DNA of 57,172 nucleotides, counting the filler, from Diploschistes diacapsis (lineage: Eukaryota): the NCBI GenBank assembly GCA_023645945.1. It is 6 parts of 6 records of this genome, joined end to end, with 100 filler letters (N's around TTAATTAATTAA, not from the genome) between each part and the next. Parts side by side here need not be neighbours in the genome. Positions count along the whole stretch, not along the records: positions 1 to 9,467 come from JALAIB010001036.1; positions 9,568 to 19,031 come from JALAIB010001037.1; 4 more parts are not named here. The stretch is one strand, 5' to 3'. Positions 1 through 12,445 of the stretch are shown piece after piece. The stretch's first letter is position 1; every line of letters starts with the position of its first letter. The position numbers were made by a program, and so were the translations under genes. A model generated the notes under the pieces. The model had not been told where the DNA came from, did no database searches, and worked only from the letters and a program-made list of their open reading frames with translations.

Positions 1-171
1 TACGACGCGCAGGGGTGGCAAACAAAGTATTAATAGATATTATGAATAAAGGGCATTAAAATGATCTAAAAAGCGCATTTGTAGGACATTATTTGGGTGC
101 GCATCGCATCTCCAAAGTTGGTGATGTCTACTATAATTTAGATAGGGACCATTACTTTTGGCACGTGACTG
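1..171 (+). mobile_element. 3' end of a Tc1/mariner DNA transposon (transposase C-terminus plus right TIR)
   Basis: Nt 1-33 read YDAQGWQTKY*, the typical Tc1 transposase C-terminus. Reverse complement of 145-171 is CAGTCACGTGCCAAAAGTAATGGTCCC, followed by TA at 172-173. Confidence 0.8.
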
Positions 172-453
172 TAGGCCCAAAACAAACCCTTCAATGTCCA
201 AGCCTCGGTTTATATATTCTCCGGCCGCGCTCAGCTGGGCTTATCGCCTCCAACTTAGGCTCAAGATCTAAGCCTCGTGCCAACAGCCTGGCATCACGAG
301 TCAGCTCCGTTTGGGTTCATTTCTGACCAGTGTCCCCAAGAAACATAGAGAACATCAGACATTTCCTTCCGTCCTCTGTCCTCTTCGACTCGGAAGTCCT
401 CCTCTCATCTTCTCTACTAATCGACTCGAATCTTGCAAGCTATCTTGCCCACC

Positions 454-1819
454 ATGGCCGAAGACGCAACGAGCAGGGCCTTGATACCGGTGCTGGTCAC
501 CCTGATGCTGCTGACCGGCGTCTGCAACACTCTCCTCACCAAATACCAAGTATGGCTCCCCTGGCCCTCCGCGTTGGCACGTACTGACCGTAGACCAGGA
601 CATGATCTGCGTCCGAGACTGCAATACCTCGAATCCGAAGCACTTTGAGCAGCCAGTATTACAGACGTATGTGCAAGACCACAAAGTAAGAAAGAAAAGC
701 ATCACCTGACTTCCTCCCAGGGCTCAGATGTTCGTCGGCGAATCCGGCTGCTGGCTCCTCGTCTTCGTCTTCGCCCTCTTCAAACGCTTCGCCCGCGCAT
801 CCCGCGGCTACACTCCTATCCCCGACAGCCAAGAGGATGCGAACGCCGCTCTGAAGCCACTCATCGCCAAAGACGGTCGTAAACCCCTAAGGGGCTGGGC
901 CACCCTCTACCTCGCCCTGCCCTCGGCGTGCGACATCATCGGCACGACCCTTATGAACAGCGGCCTCCTCTTCGTAGCGGCAAGCATCTACCAGATGACC
1001 CGCGGCGCGCTCGTCCTCTTCGTCGGCCTCTTCTCAGTCATCCTCCTCAAGCGGCGGCTGGCCGCATACCAGTGGCTCGCCCTCGTCGTGGTCGTGCTGG
1101 GCGTCGGGATCGTCGGCGTTGCGGGCTCCCTGGACAGAGCCGAGACACCGCTCAACGTGACGGCCCCGCCGCCACTGAAGCAGGCGCGCGAGGCCCTCGA
1201 GGCGGCCGTGCTGGGTGCCCGCGCGGCGGCCAAGGAGCCCCTGGCGTGGCAGACGGCGGTGGGCGTGCTGATGATCGCGGGCGCGCAGATCTTTACGGCG
1301 ACGCAGTTCGTCTTCGAGGAGTTCATCCTCGAGCGCTACTCCGTCGAGCCGCTGAAGATGGTCGGCTGGGAGGGCGTGTTCGGCTTCGGCGTCACCGTGG
1401 TCGGCATGGCGGTGCTGCACTTCTTCATCGGGCGCACCGAGGCCGGGCGGTACGGGTACTTCGACGCGGTCGAGGGCTTCAGGCAGTTCGTGCAGGTGCC
1501 CGGCATTTTCCTGTCGTCCGTCTTGATCATGATCTCTATCGGGGGGTTCAACTTCTTCGGCCTGAGCGTGACGAGGACGGTCAGCGCGACGAGCAGGAGC
1601 ACCATCGACACGTGCAGGACTCTGTTCATCTGGATCGTCAGCCTGGGCCTTGGCTGGGAGAGCTTCAAGTGGCTGCAGATCGCGGGCTTCGCGCTGCTGG
1701 TGTATGGGACGTTCCTGTTCAACGACCTCGTCGGCGTGCCGTGGGCGTGCTGTGTGCGCGGCAGAGCGACGAGGCGGTCGGAGCCTTTGCTGGAAGAGGA
1801 GCCGATCGAGCATGCATAG
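454..1819 (+). CDS. SLC35F6-like drug/metabolite (nucleotide-sugar) transporter
   Basis: Exons 454-549, 599-666, 721-1819 with GT-AG introns. Motifs LLTGVCNTLLTKYQD, FEQPVLQTAQMFVGE, SIYQMTRGALVLF, SATSRSTIDTCRT; multiple TM segments. Confidence 0.9.
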
Positions 1820-2149
1820 TTGCGGTCCTCGGCCCTTTTTCGGCTTACGGCTGGGCCAGCATTAATCTTTCCGGATATGTTACGGAGTTTGGGTTGGGAT
1901 ACGGGCATACGGTGCCAGGACGTTTGGGATGAAACGCTCCCACCGCATCGGCGTCGAGAGCGTCCTTCATAGTGGGCAGGCTAGCTAGAATCTAAAGTCA
2001 ATTACGCCGGAAAGCGGCCAACGACCTTGCTAGTGCAAGGGTAGCAGAATGAATTATATTAGTCTGAGTGACCCTATCAATATATCTGCGCAAGCTTCTT
2101 CACTACATTCAAGTCCCGTCAAGAACTACACTCCTTCCAGCTATACATG

Positions 2150-2171
2150 TATATATATATATATATATATA
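2150..2171. repeat. (TA)n microsatellite
   Basis: Direct reading. Confidence 0.95.
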
Positions 2172-2201
2172 GCGCCTGACCAGTCTCTTGCAGCCAACAG
2201 C

Positions 2202-2244
2202 GTTCGGGTACTAAGGTCTGTTTGGGGTACTAGGGCCACGACCG
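2202..2244. mobile_element. Solo transposon terminal-repeat remnant with two ~18-nt direct subrepeats
   Basis: GTTCGGGTACTAAGGTCT-GTTTGGGGTACTAGGGCC-ACGACCG followed by TA; closely similar to 19520-19561 on another contig. Confidence 0.65.
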
Positions 2245-2714
2245 TAAAGCCAATTCAGGTCCCGATGGCTGGGACAGTGACTGTAAAGAGAGCTACTTGA
2301 CAAGGTGGGCCGCATGTTGGCCTGTACAAAAGATACAATCAAGTTGCTTCCTTCATGGAAAGCTTTCCCCGCTTCGTTGCTCTGGTACTCCGAGAATAAG
2401 ATTGTAGAGATCAAGGGGGGACGGGGTGTTGTTGCATGAATGAAAGAAAGCATTCTTTTTTTTCTTCTCTAAGCTGCAAGATAATCATCCTGCTGGGGTG
2501 GTAAGTGGTTGGAGAGAGAAACCCGCTCAAACTCTCACGTACTTGGGAAACGCAGACGGTCAAGCAATACAGCATGCACCGAAGCGCCCCCCAGTAGACA
2601 CGGCCAGGAAAGCTAACATGAAATGCAAGAAAGCCACCGTATTATCACCAGTAAGAGGAGACGATTTACTAGGTGCTGAGAAAGTTTTCATCAAACACAA
2701 ACGTGTTGCGTTTG

Positions 2715-3605
2715 CTAACTCAAATCAACTGCCCGCCGTCCAACTCCACTCCCCCCTCTCAGCCTCCTTCTTGCGCTTTCGAACAGCTCTTCCCATTTCC
2801 CCTCCATTCTGAACACTCTGCACGCCTCCTCCGCACTGGGCTCGCCGAGGTCCGGATCCGCACCACCTTCCACCAACACTCGCACCACCTCTTCCTCGTT
2901 CTTGAACACAGCGCCTGCCAATGGAGATTGGTGCCGCTCATTTAAAGAATTAGGATCGGAGCCCTGGGAGAGGAGGAAGTGGGTTAGGGAGGCGTGGCCA
3001 TGATAGGAGGCGAGCATGATCTAGACAGAAGAAAGTTGGCGCGAGTTTCAGTCAGGCTGAGACAGTAAGCCGAGAAGAAGCCACGGTGGCGTAACAGGAC
3101 GGTTTCCCTCCTCCAATAGCCTCGTTTGAAGTGTCTTCTTCTCCAGACCATCGTTTCCGTTCACGGGTGCCCAAACTCATCCCCCTAACCATTCAAGACC
3201 TCCTCCCCGCTCCAACGCACTTCCCCCTGCAGCAACCCCTCTCAATCAAATTAAAAAACAAAAAAATAACGAGAAGGGCAAACTCACCAGCGTGTCCCCC
3301 TTCTCGTTCGTCAAATTAACCGGCAAACCCGCGGGAACCGCCTGCCTCAGCACCGCCTCGTCCCCGTTCCTCGCCGCATCGAACATTCTGCCGGCAAACG
3401 CCAGCGCTTCCGGCGGCAGGAGCGATGGATCCCGCACCACTTCGGGGGCGGATCCTGAAGGAGGCTCGAGCCGGGAGGCAGGGAGGTGGGCGTTTGGATC
3501 GACGGCAGGGGCTTGGGCTATTGAAGGGTCGGAGGCGGGGAGAGGGGGTGCAGAGGGTTGTGCGTTGCGGGGTGAGGGAGTGGGGGGGTTTGTGGCGTGT
3601 GGCAT
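2715..3605 (-). CDS. Small ankyrin-repeat protein
   Basis: Exons 3605-3288 and 3020-2715 (intron GTGAGT...CTAG) join to NEKGDTL-IMLASYHGH...GSDPN...QSPLAGAVFK...GADP. Confidence 0.88.
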
Positions 3606-4089
3606 TCTTGTGGGGAGATGGGCGATGGGAGAGCTTTGTATAAGGGGTGGTAAGTGGTAGTAGTGGTGGAGTGCGCGGTTGTTGCTTAGCTGAGTGAAAT
3701 CTTCCGAGGCGCGATTGTATGATGTCATGGGCCAAGTGCGGAAGCTTTAAAGGCTTGTTTTACCCCTTTACCTGGAAGTATGGGTATTGGTCGGCGGATT
3801 AGCTTGAGAGCACAAGGCAAACGAAACACCAAACTCAAGGGAGAATGGTTGTTGAAAAATGTAAGTTTTATACTTTTAAGAATCAAAAACAATCAGGTAT
3901 ACATCAATAGTGGTATCAACAATATTCCGCGTGGCGTCCATCCCATTAGGAACCCATCTTTAACAAAAATTAAAACCCACCACTACTAGGCTCCCTTCCA
4001 AACCCAGACCCGATACGAAGCGCTCAATTCCAATACTATATCGTGAATTCGTATGTAAAAGCACTCAAAACACGCCTGATTTCGACATC

Positions 4090-7000
4090 TCAGGTATCAA
4101 AGCTGTAAGCGAACAAATCCGCCCTGAACCCAACCTCTGGTCCCTTCCTCCCTTTCTGCTTCGGCTCATTTGACTTCGGGAACGCAGTTTCCCAGTCCAT
4201 TGCCAGGACATCGTCATTAACAAACGAGGTATCAATGTCTCGGTCGTAGCAATCCATCAGGAAGCCTTGAGGCAGCCATGAGTCGGCATCGATTTTAATC
4301 TTGATTGACGCATCTTCGCCTATGTCACTCTTCGGCGAATTCTTTTCCGACTTCGTAGCTAGTGTCGAAGCGGGCGTGAGACTGAGTACGCTCAGCGAAC
4401 CCTGGATGTCACCCATGGAAGGAAACTGCGCAGCAAGATCTTGCGGCGTCATGCCCAAATCGCTCCAGGCATCAGGAGTGGGAGGAGGCTCTTGGAAATG
4501 CGTTCCCGGCCTTTCCCTGCCCTGGCTGGATCTTGGTGTCGCTTTGCTCTCGGCCGGCTTGTTCCCTGGCTGAGGCGTTCTCGGACCACCTGGATTGCTC
4601 AAATGGGTTGTACCTCTGCTCATTGGTGTGCCCCCCTCCAGTCTCGGTGTTGGGCCCTGCGCTGAAGTAGTCTGCCGCATCGGTTGAGCCGATAGAGATT
4701 TCTCCATCTTGACCGAGCTCTCTTTCACAATCGTTTTCCCGTTGGCATCGAGACCAAGAGCACCTCTTGCGTGTTCCAGAACAAATCCGAGAGGATCCTC
4801 TGGATCCTTCTCCTTATGAGCCTCCTGTATATGCTGCACAAGAGCCTCGCTGGTCATCAATCCTTTCTTCCCATGCTCGCAACCAGGGAAGGTGCAATTT
4901 AATGCCGGTTCTGGCTTCGGCGGGGCAGGAGCTTCTCGCTTCGTTGCCGCAGCAGCGGCTTGAGGCGTACCCTTGGTTGGCTGGTGGTTTTCTAGCTTTC
5001 TGCGCTTCGCTTGAGGAGGGAACATCAACTTATCCTGGGTGAATTCGGGAAGATTTTGGCCATAGGTCGGTACGCCATGCGGCGGAGGTGAAGAGCCGAA
5101 TGCAAATTGGGGTTTGTCTGTCGTAGGGGCGGGCGGTTCCTTTTCTCGCGCATGCTTTTGACGGGATTGCTGCTTGACCATGGGCTGTGCAACAGGTTCC
5201 TGCTGTGTCGGTTGGGGCTGCTGTTGAGCTGGAGCAACGGTCGGCGGCTGAACATGCTGAGGTTGTTGTGGCGTGTGACCACTTTGTTTACGCTTTTGAG
5301 TAACTTTGAAGAAGGTATTTCGGATCCTGAACATGGCTGACTGCGTATCCTTAAAGTTCATGGTGAAATGAGCAGCCAACGCACTCAGCTCTTCCGGGTT
5401 TTGATACTGGCTGATCAAAGCGTGCCGCATCGTCAATAGTTCTCGCAGCACCTTTACATCTCCGTCTACGAAGTGGAGGTATTGCAGTATGCCCATCTCT
5501 GAGCGCTTCAGAAACGGAGCATTTTCCTCGAGCACCCTGACCATCTGTTGCCTAGTTTGCTCGTCCATGATCACGGGCGTGCGATTTGGGAAGTTTTTTT
5601 CTACGTCTTCCTTGATTCTCTTGAACATTGCCACCATCTTTGAATCGCTTGGAATATTAGTAGAGCCTGCGCCAGGTGGAAGAGAACCTCGCTGAATTTG
5701 CTGAGGCCCTTGAAAGGTAGACTGCTGCAGCTGCTGTTGCTCCTTAACGGGCGGCTGCGACCCTTGGTTGCTGGGCCCTTTTTGCATTTGCTGAGCGTGT
5801 TTATTTACCGACGTAGAGGCTTGTGCCGGGCTTACTGTCGCGTTAGATGTTTCTACAACATCCCCGTTCGACCTTTGGTTGCCTTTTTGAAGCTGAGCTT
5901 GGTTTGGCGGCTTGGCTTGTCGACCTGTTGTGCTCGATGCTTGCATTTGCTGCTGCGCTTGTTGAGCTTGAGAGTGCTGCGACTTTACCTGCTGGTTCTT
6001 GTTTCCGCCTTGCATAAGATTAGGGAACGGCGGCGACCGACCGAGCTTCGTCGACTGCTCGTTGTATCCCTGCATTCTCCTCTTCACCAATGCTACCCTG
6101 ATTTGGTCGTCGGTCATGCTCTGTGAGACCTGTGGTGGCATTCTCAATCGCGCCGCCTGGATGTCTTTCGGGCTGATTTGTAGTCCTGGGTGATTCGCAA
6201 TGCCTGGCGGTAACTGACCAGGCAATTGACTGGACGGTTGGTTCTGACGGGGTGGTCCCATTGGAGCCATTGGCGCAGGGCCCGGTTGTGCTGGTGTCGA
6301 ATGCGACAATGTTTGTTCACTAGGCATTTGTCCAACAAGATTTTGTCGTAGTGCCTGATTTTCGCTTGCAGCTTGTTGCTTGGCTACCATGGTCCAATGC
6401 ATGGCCTGGAAATGCTCGAGTTTACGAATAGACTCTGGTGGTACAAAGTGTTGGTTACCTTTGCACCACTCTTTGAGAGCGCCCCACGTCTTCACATCAT
6501 TCGGAATATGCTGCATCGCGGTGACGTGGTTTAGGATATTGGCAGGATAGACGAAGTTATCCATTTGCTCCAACTGCTCTTCCGTCAGGCGTGGTGCATT
6601 ATTCACGGAGAAGTTCAGCGAGTCGTTCTGCTGTCCGGTCGTTGCGGTGGCACTCAATCCTGCAACAGGAGGTTTCTCAGGAGCAGGAAGCGGCTGCTGC
6701 AGCGAACCTTGTGTGGTCTGTCCGGGCTGGTTCTGGCTTCGGCCTGCAAGACTCTTCTGCTGTTGAGATTCCCTTAGTCTCCGGATTATGTACTTGGTTC
6801 TGTCCTCGGGGGGCATCTTCATAAGCGCCTGCTGCACATGTGGTGGCAAGCTTTTGACGATTGCTTGAAAACTTCCCATATGATTTATGCCCTGATTTTG
6901 AGCCATTGGCTGATGCTGTTGTTGCTGCTGCTGCTGTTGTTGCTGTTGCTGATGTGGGGGCTGCTGTTGTTGCTGGGCTTGGCTCATCTGAGAAGCGCTT

Positions 7001-8697
7001 TGCGAGGTGGTTTTTTGGCTCGGTTCCGATCGTTGCGGTTGCTGCTTCTGTTGCGCCTCGCTCGGCGGCCTCGAAACTTCTGTCTCCATGGGTCGATTGA
7101 GATTAGGCATCGCAGGACTTTGCTGTGGAAGGCCCTGGCCTGCCTGACCACCAAGGCCACCGGCTTGACCTTGTAAATTTGCTTGCCGCTGCGGTTGATT
7201 TGCGTTGTTTGGTTGTCGTGCTTGCGTTTGAGCATTCACTCGATTTTGGAGTCCGTTGGGCTGGTTCATCATCGGCTGTTGCGCATTTTGACCTCCCATA
7301 GAACCTGGCTGCTGATTGAAATCAGGCTGACCGGGCATTCGTTGTTGCTGCTGGCTTGCTGGAACCACCATCCTACCCGCTTCCTGTTCTCGTATAGCGC
7401 TCTTCTGCAGCCCCATAATGTGCTGGAGGTTGTCGCCAACGTTGTTGTTGAACACCCCCTGACCCATGCCAGATTGTGATCCAGGACTATTCACCAGGTT
7501 TTGGGCAGGATTGGACTGCCCCGGCATGCCATTACCAAGACCACTACCGACATTGCCCTGCTGTTGGTGTTGGTTCTGCATCTCTAGTTGGTGCTTTTGC
7601 ATTAAATATCTTTTTGCTTCCAGTTGCCTGAAATGCCAATGCATTGGGTTCACTCCCCGCTGTTGCAGCATCTGCAGTTGCCCTGGAGGCCCATTCATGA
7701 GTTTCTGACGCACAAGTTCCTTATCTTGAGGTGAAGCGTGGCTGATGGCCTGTTGCGCCATGGTTGTGATGATTGCATGGTCTTGAGCGGTGAGATTTCG
7801 AGTGGGCATCTGCTGAGGAATGCTAGGCTGCCCCCCTAAACTCATCTGTATCTGGCCCTGATTCCGAGGCGCTTGTCCCATCATGGCTTGACCGGCTTGC
7901 TGCTGGAGCTGTTGCTGGAGCTGCTGCTGCTGCTGCTGTTGTTGTTGCACGGGCATGGGTGATCTCTGCATTTGTTGCTGCATTTGGGGGTTTGTGAACC
8001 CAGATCCCTGTGAATTGAAACGCTGATTCGGCATTCCGTTCTGCATACCGATTGGTGCAGGCCTTTGCTGCGCCTGGTTCATATTCATCGCCGAGGGATT
8101 CTGCAGATGCTGCTCCAGACTCTGTGCCTGCCTGTTTCTCTGTTGATGGATCTCGGTCATTTTTGCTTTTACTTGCGACTCGTATGAAGTCTTTGGCAAG
8201 TCAGCATACGAAAAATATATCATGAAAGTAGTCGAACCTGGTCATGACTTGAAGTGAAGGTCTTGCTCTCGTAGGATACGGCAACCTCCATCATGTGATC
8301 GAGAGGCTCAGCCGGATGAAGCAATCGAAGCTGTGTGAGACTGGATGACATTAGCTGGCCCTGCTTTTACTAGCATTGGGATCATTCACAGTTGAAAAGT
8401 ATATTGAACCCTCAAGGCAATATTGCATACCGATTGCCAACCAGGTCGGTTCGTCTGGGCACGTAGTCGAGTGAGAATATGCTTCTGAATCTGAGCTTGT
8501 TGTTGTTGTGGCTGGGGCTGCATTTGAGGGTTGAAACTTCGGTGAGGTCCGCCCATCGATCCTCCCATACCGCCGACCATGCCACCAGCCATAGTTCCTC
8601 CCATGCCATTAGGCATGCCATTCTGTTGGGCCTGGCCAGGCACCATTATGCCACCTCTTCCTATGCCCATTCCCTGCATCATGCCGTTGTTCATCAT
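4090..8697 (-). CDS. MED15: Mediator subunit Med15/Gal11-like Q-rich coactivator
   Basis: Exons 8697-8390, 8340-8238, 8190-4090. N-terminal KIX-like segment (GWQSVCNIALRVQ...YESKTF...SYESQVKAKM), polyQ tracts, late C-x4-C...H-x4-H motif. Confidence 0.75.
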
Positions 8698-9257
8698 GAC
8701 TATCGAGGCAGGGGTTGCATACAGCCAGGGAAACGGCCACAGTTGCGGGAACGCGGAGAAGGCGTGTGGAACACGTGCATTCGTCAGGTAGTCTTCTCAA
8801 GACAGAGATGTACATGCGAATGGCGTTCAGAGGTGTTTGCAGCGGTTGCAATGGAATGCTTGACCGGCAAGCCTTGGCCAGCTTGTGCAGGCTCAGTGCT
8901 CGGGTGCAGAGACCCAGGACTATTTCGATACTATGAGGCGTGAGATACTTCTGATAGAGGCGGAGAGGTGTGGGTAGGTAAGGTGGCAAGTTAGAGAGCA
9001 ACGATAGTATGCAGCGAGAATGGATGGGGTAGTAAGGATGGCTCCTAGATGGTCGAACAAACTATTGGCTTTGCGCAGAACAAGCCGCAGGGAGTTGCAT
9101 CGGTCCTCGTCGGAGCAAAGCTGTTACACAAGCCGTGATGGCTGTCGTAATTGCACGGGGGTTAGCGGATGGCTCAAACCCGAGACAAAGACAAAGGAAC
9201 AACAAGAGCGAGTGTGAGGTATGGGGTATTCCAGATCCAAGGAGAGGAAGAGAGTAC

Positions 9258-9263
<6 letters not shown>

Positions 9264-9307
<44 letters not shown>
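9264..9307. repeat. (AG)n microsatellite
   Basis: Direct reading. Confidence 0.95.
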
Positions 9308-9308
<1 letters not shown>

Positions 9309-9401
9309 AGTATGTTATGTTAGTGTAGTGTAAGAAATTATTCACAGGCAGGGCACAAGGCGGGCCAAGAAATGGGCGTTTGTTGGGCAATTAACAACTA
9401 C

Positions 9402-9467
<66 letters not shown>
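9402..9467. repeat. (TAA)n microsatellite at contig end
   Basis: Direct reading; runs into the spacer. Confidence 0.95.
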
Positions 9468-9567
9468 NNNNNNNNNNNNNNNNNNNNNNNNNNNNNNNNN
9501 NNNNNNNNNNNTTAATTAATTAANNNNNNNNNNNNNNNNNNNNNNNNNNNNNNNNNNNNNNNNNNNN
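9468..9567. other. Artificial contig spacer 44N-TTAATTAATTAA-44N
   Basis: Identical 100-nt structure occurs five times; the core places stop codons in all six frames. Confidence 0.98.
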
Positions 9568-9651
9568 GTCCTGTCGGCCGAGGAGGCGGCGGAGATTGGG
9601 GCGCTGCTGGATGATGAGGGGGGCGACGGGCTGGAGGATCCGTTTGATTGA
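9568..9651 (+). CDS. Possible 3' end of a truncated gene
   Basis: GC-rich open frame from contig start reading VLSAEEAAEIGALLDDEGGDGLEDPFD*; identity unknown. Confidence 0.4.
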   Translation, partial: VLSAEEAAEIGALLDDEGGDGLEDPFD

Positions 9652-10147
9652 GCGGGCGGTAGCGGGGCAAGGGGGGAAAAGGGATTTAACATGGAAGGGC
9701 TGGAAAGGGAGTCTATTTGTGGGGCGGCTTTGTCTCTGAGGCCATGTCCTAGCAAGCGGTCGATGGCGTGAAACTTGGGAGATTATTCGATGCGACTATC
9801 ATTTTCACGTTCCCTTTTCTCGGCAAGTGTGCAACGTGTTGGTAAAGATCATCTTGATTGCATCCGCTATGCTTCGCTTACACAGAAGATCGCTGTCCAC
9901 CGGGTACCGTGATCCACGATCGCAGACTATGTCCCCCCCCCCTGTTGCTCCGAACAGCCTCAACTGCCATTACATATCATGTATCAACAAGCTAGCAATC
10001 CCCGACGCTCACGGCACCGAGAAAACCCATTCTAGAATCTTGCATGACCCGAGTCGTAAGGAAAAGGACATCAGCATGTACTCCAACCGTAGGAAATCCC
10101 ATAGGAACGATTTGTGCGACAATGTGTTGGCAGGGTCGAAGGCACAT

Positions 10148-10687
10148 CTAGCAGCAGCCACCGGCCGATCCCGACTGCACACCTTGGCCTTGACCGACTT
10201 GCACGGTGGGCTTGTTGTTCACAGTGGTGGTGCCCATGCGTTCTTTGATCTGGCGGGCCATGGTGAGGAAAGCTTGCTCGACGTTCGAAGCGTTCTTGGC
10301 CGAGGTCTCTAGGAAAGGGATCCCGAGGCTGTCCGCAAATTCCTGAACGCAGAGTTAGATGCAGTGGTGCCCCACTAAGAACCAGACCAACCTTGGCAAC
10401 GGTGTATTCGACAACCTTCTTGTCCGACATATCGCTCTTGTTACCCACCAGAAGCTTGTTAACGCCTTCGGTTGCGTAGCGGTCAATTTCCTGCAGCCAC
10501 TGCTTGACGTTGTTGAACGAGTCCATGTCGGTCACATCGTAAACGACGCAGATGCCGTGGGCACCGCGATAGTAAGAGGATGTGATAGTACGGAAACGCT
10601 CCTGGCCGGCGGTATCCCACTTGTTCCTTGTTTAGCCATGTATTATCGAACGATTATCCTAGAGCACATACGATTTGAAGCTTCACA

Positions 10688-10721
<34 letters not shown>

Positions 10722-11110
10722 TTATACTAGTCAGCAGTGGTTTCTACATAAAATCAAGAAAACAACTCACGAAATCTACTCCGATTGTAGAAATGTAGCT
10801 CTCGGTGTAGGTGTCGTCAGCGAAACGGAGAAGTAGGCAAGACTTTCCTACTCCAGAGTCTCCGATGAGTAGCAGCTTGAACAGGTAATCGTATCTGTAA
10901 GTGTCTAGGTCAGGAAAATCGCTCATTTTGAAAAGCATGATGGCTGCTTTCGCTTGTGCCTTGGGATGAGGGTGGAGAGCGGAAACTTGGCATAGCGAAA
11001 AGGCTTGCAACAGGTCTGGATAAAGGTCAAGTATAACTCTGAGGCGCCGAGATATTAGCTCCCGGTGTCCTCTACCCAGTTCAGACCAGTACTCACCACT
11101 CTGGATTCAT
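10148..11110 (-). CDS. YPT1: Rab1/Ypt1 GTPase
   Basis: Exons 11110-11100, 10894-10771, 10719-10672, 10619-10392, 10342-10148 give [22 protein letters not shown]...[10 protein letters not shown]...GNKSD...GGCC*. Confidence 0.98.
10895..11099 (-). other. Nested spliceosomal twin intron (stwintron, [D3,4] geometry) in ypt1
   Basis: GA|GTG[GTGAGT...GCTAAT...CAG]AGT...CCTGAC...ACAG|A TAC. Inner intron 11096-11039 (58 nt); outer intron 147 nt once the inner one is removed. Confidence 0.8.
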
Positions 11111-12445
11111 CGCTGCGGCTGTAGAGCTGATCGGTATAACTGCTTATTAGACTGGGAGACTTCAGAATGCTGCCGGACTGTAAACAAAGGAGAACAGTAG
11201 AGCAGCGTTTATGTCTCGGTTGTCCAAATGAGCGCAAGGCGAGGAAGGTGCGGTAAGGGGTTGTGAGATGGACAGAAAGGACTTTCTATGGATCACGAAA
11301 GACAGACGTCGTACGGACAGTACCAGCACTGGCACTTTTAGGCGTCCTTGAAAGGTGGATGATGCTACTAGTCCAGCGGAGGCTTAGCTTGCCAAGTTGG
11401 TGTCGGTCACGGGCTTACTATCATGCGGCGCCTTATTAGGCTTCGGATTTAAAGGTACGAACGCCCACTTAAGTCCGATCACGTCAACATCTTGTTCATC
11501 AAGAACAACGGAACAAGCTCGCTATCCAGGTATGGCCAGTGAGGACGGTGGCGAGGTGGGCTGCCTGATGCATATGTGGGAGCTTTCCAATACTAATCCC
11601 ATGCCTGCTTCGGCTCTTCGCCGCGTCAGTGGAGTCGACCGTTGCGTGGATGAAGCACCGCACTTTTTTAGTCGAGATGTTGCTGCTTTCCGTCCGTGCA
11701 ATGGGTGGAACTTTGACTACTCCTGGAAGAGCCAGCATCGACCAATCTTCTAGGCCCGGTGATTGTTGATGATTTAGATGTAGTTCGTTGCTCTTATAGA
11801 TGGAGTAATGGTTGGTTGTGGAAGCACGAGCGCTTGCTTCGAAAGCAGGACATCACATAAAGTTGTGGAAATCGTCGGTGTTGTTCATTTATATTCATTC
11901 ATACTCATACTCGCATCTATAATGTCATTCGTATTAACATAGACGTTAATGTTAGCTTGCATGTAGCGAGATAATCAGGTACTTGCTACATCGACAATAA
12001 TGATTTCTGTCTGCCATTGGCAAATGAATCCATCTTGCCGATCACAAGCTTGCCCTCCAGCTAGCCTCGACCTTGCAGAGGAGCCCTCGTTACCTGAACA
12101 ATGGCAGCGCTGTATAGTAGCTGCACTACCATGACCTCCTGCTAGCTAGCTGAAGAGAACTAGCCGGACCCGTCTTACGCATCCATTCACTCAACAAATC
12201 CTCCTCCCCTTCCGTCCGTGTCTCCCTATGGATGCTAGGTATCTACCTCCCTCCGCCGGAGTTTGCACTCGGCTCCCGTACGTAGAGCTTGACAATTTCC
12301 TCACGCATCGCCTAGTTTTGGTCGCTTTTTAGCCCTCGAAGCACGACTTCACTTTCCGCACCCACTGCATGTTCCTCCAGGGACCACTGTGTATCCTTTG
12401 TAGGGGTCATCCTTGACCTTGATTAGCAGGTAGCCAGTTACTCAT

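Noticed and set aside
928..1932. Long overlapping and antisense ORFs over the transporter gene
   Set aside because: Shadow frames of a CDS with very high third-position GC; Arg-rich and without motifs.
9512..9523. TTAATTAATTAA recurring about every 9.5 kb as a biological repeat
   Set aside because: Always centred in 88 N; it is a synthetic six-frame-stop linker.
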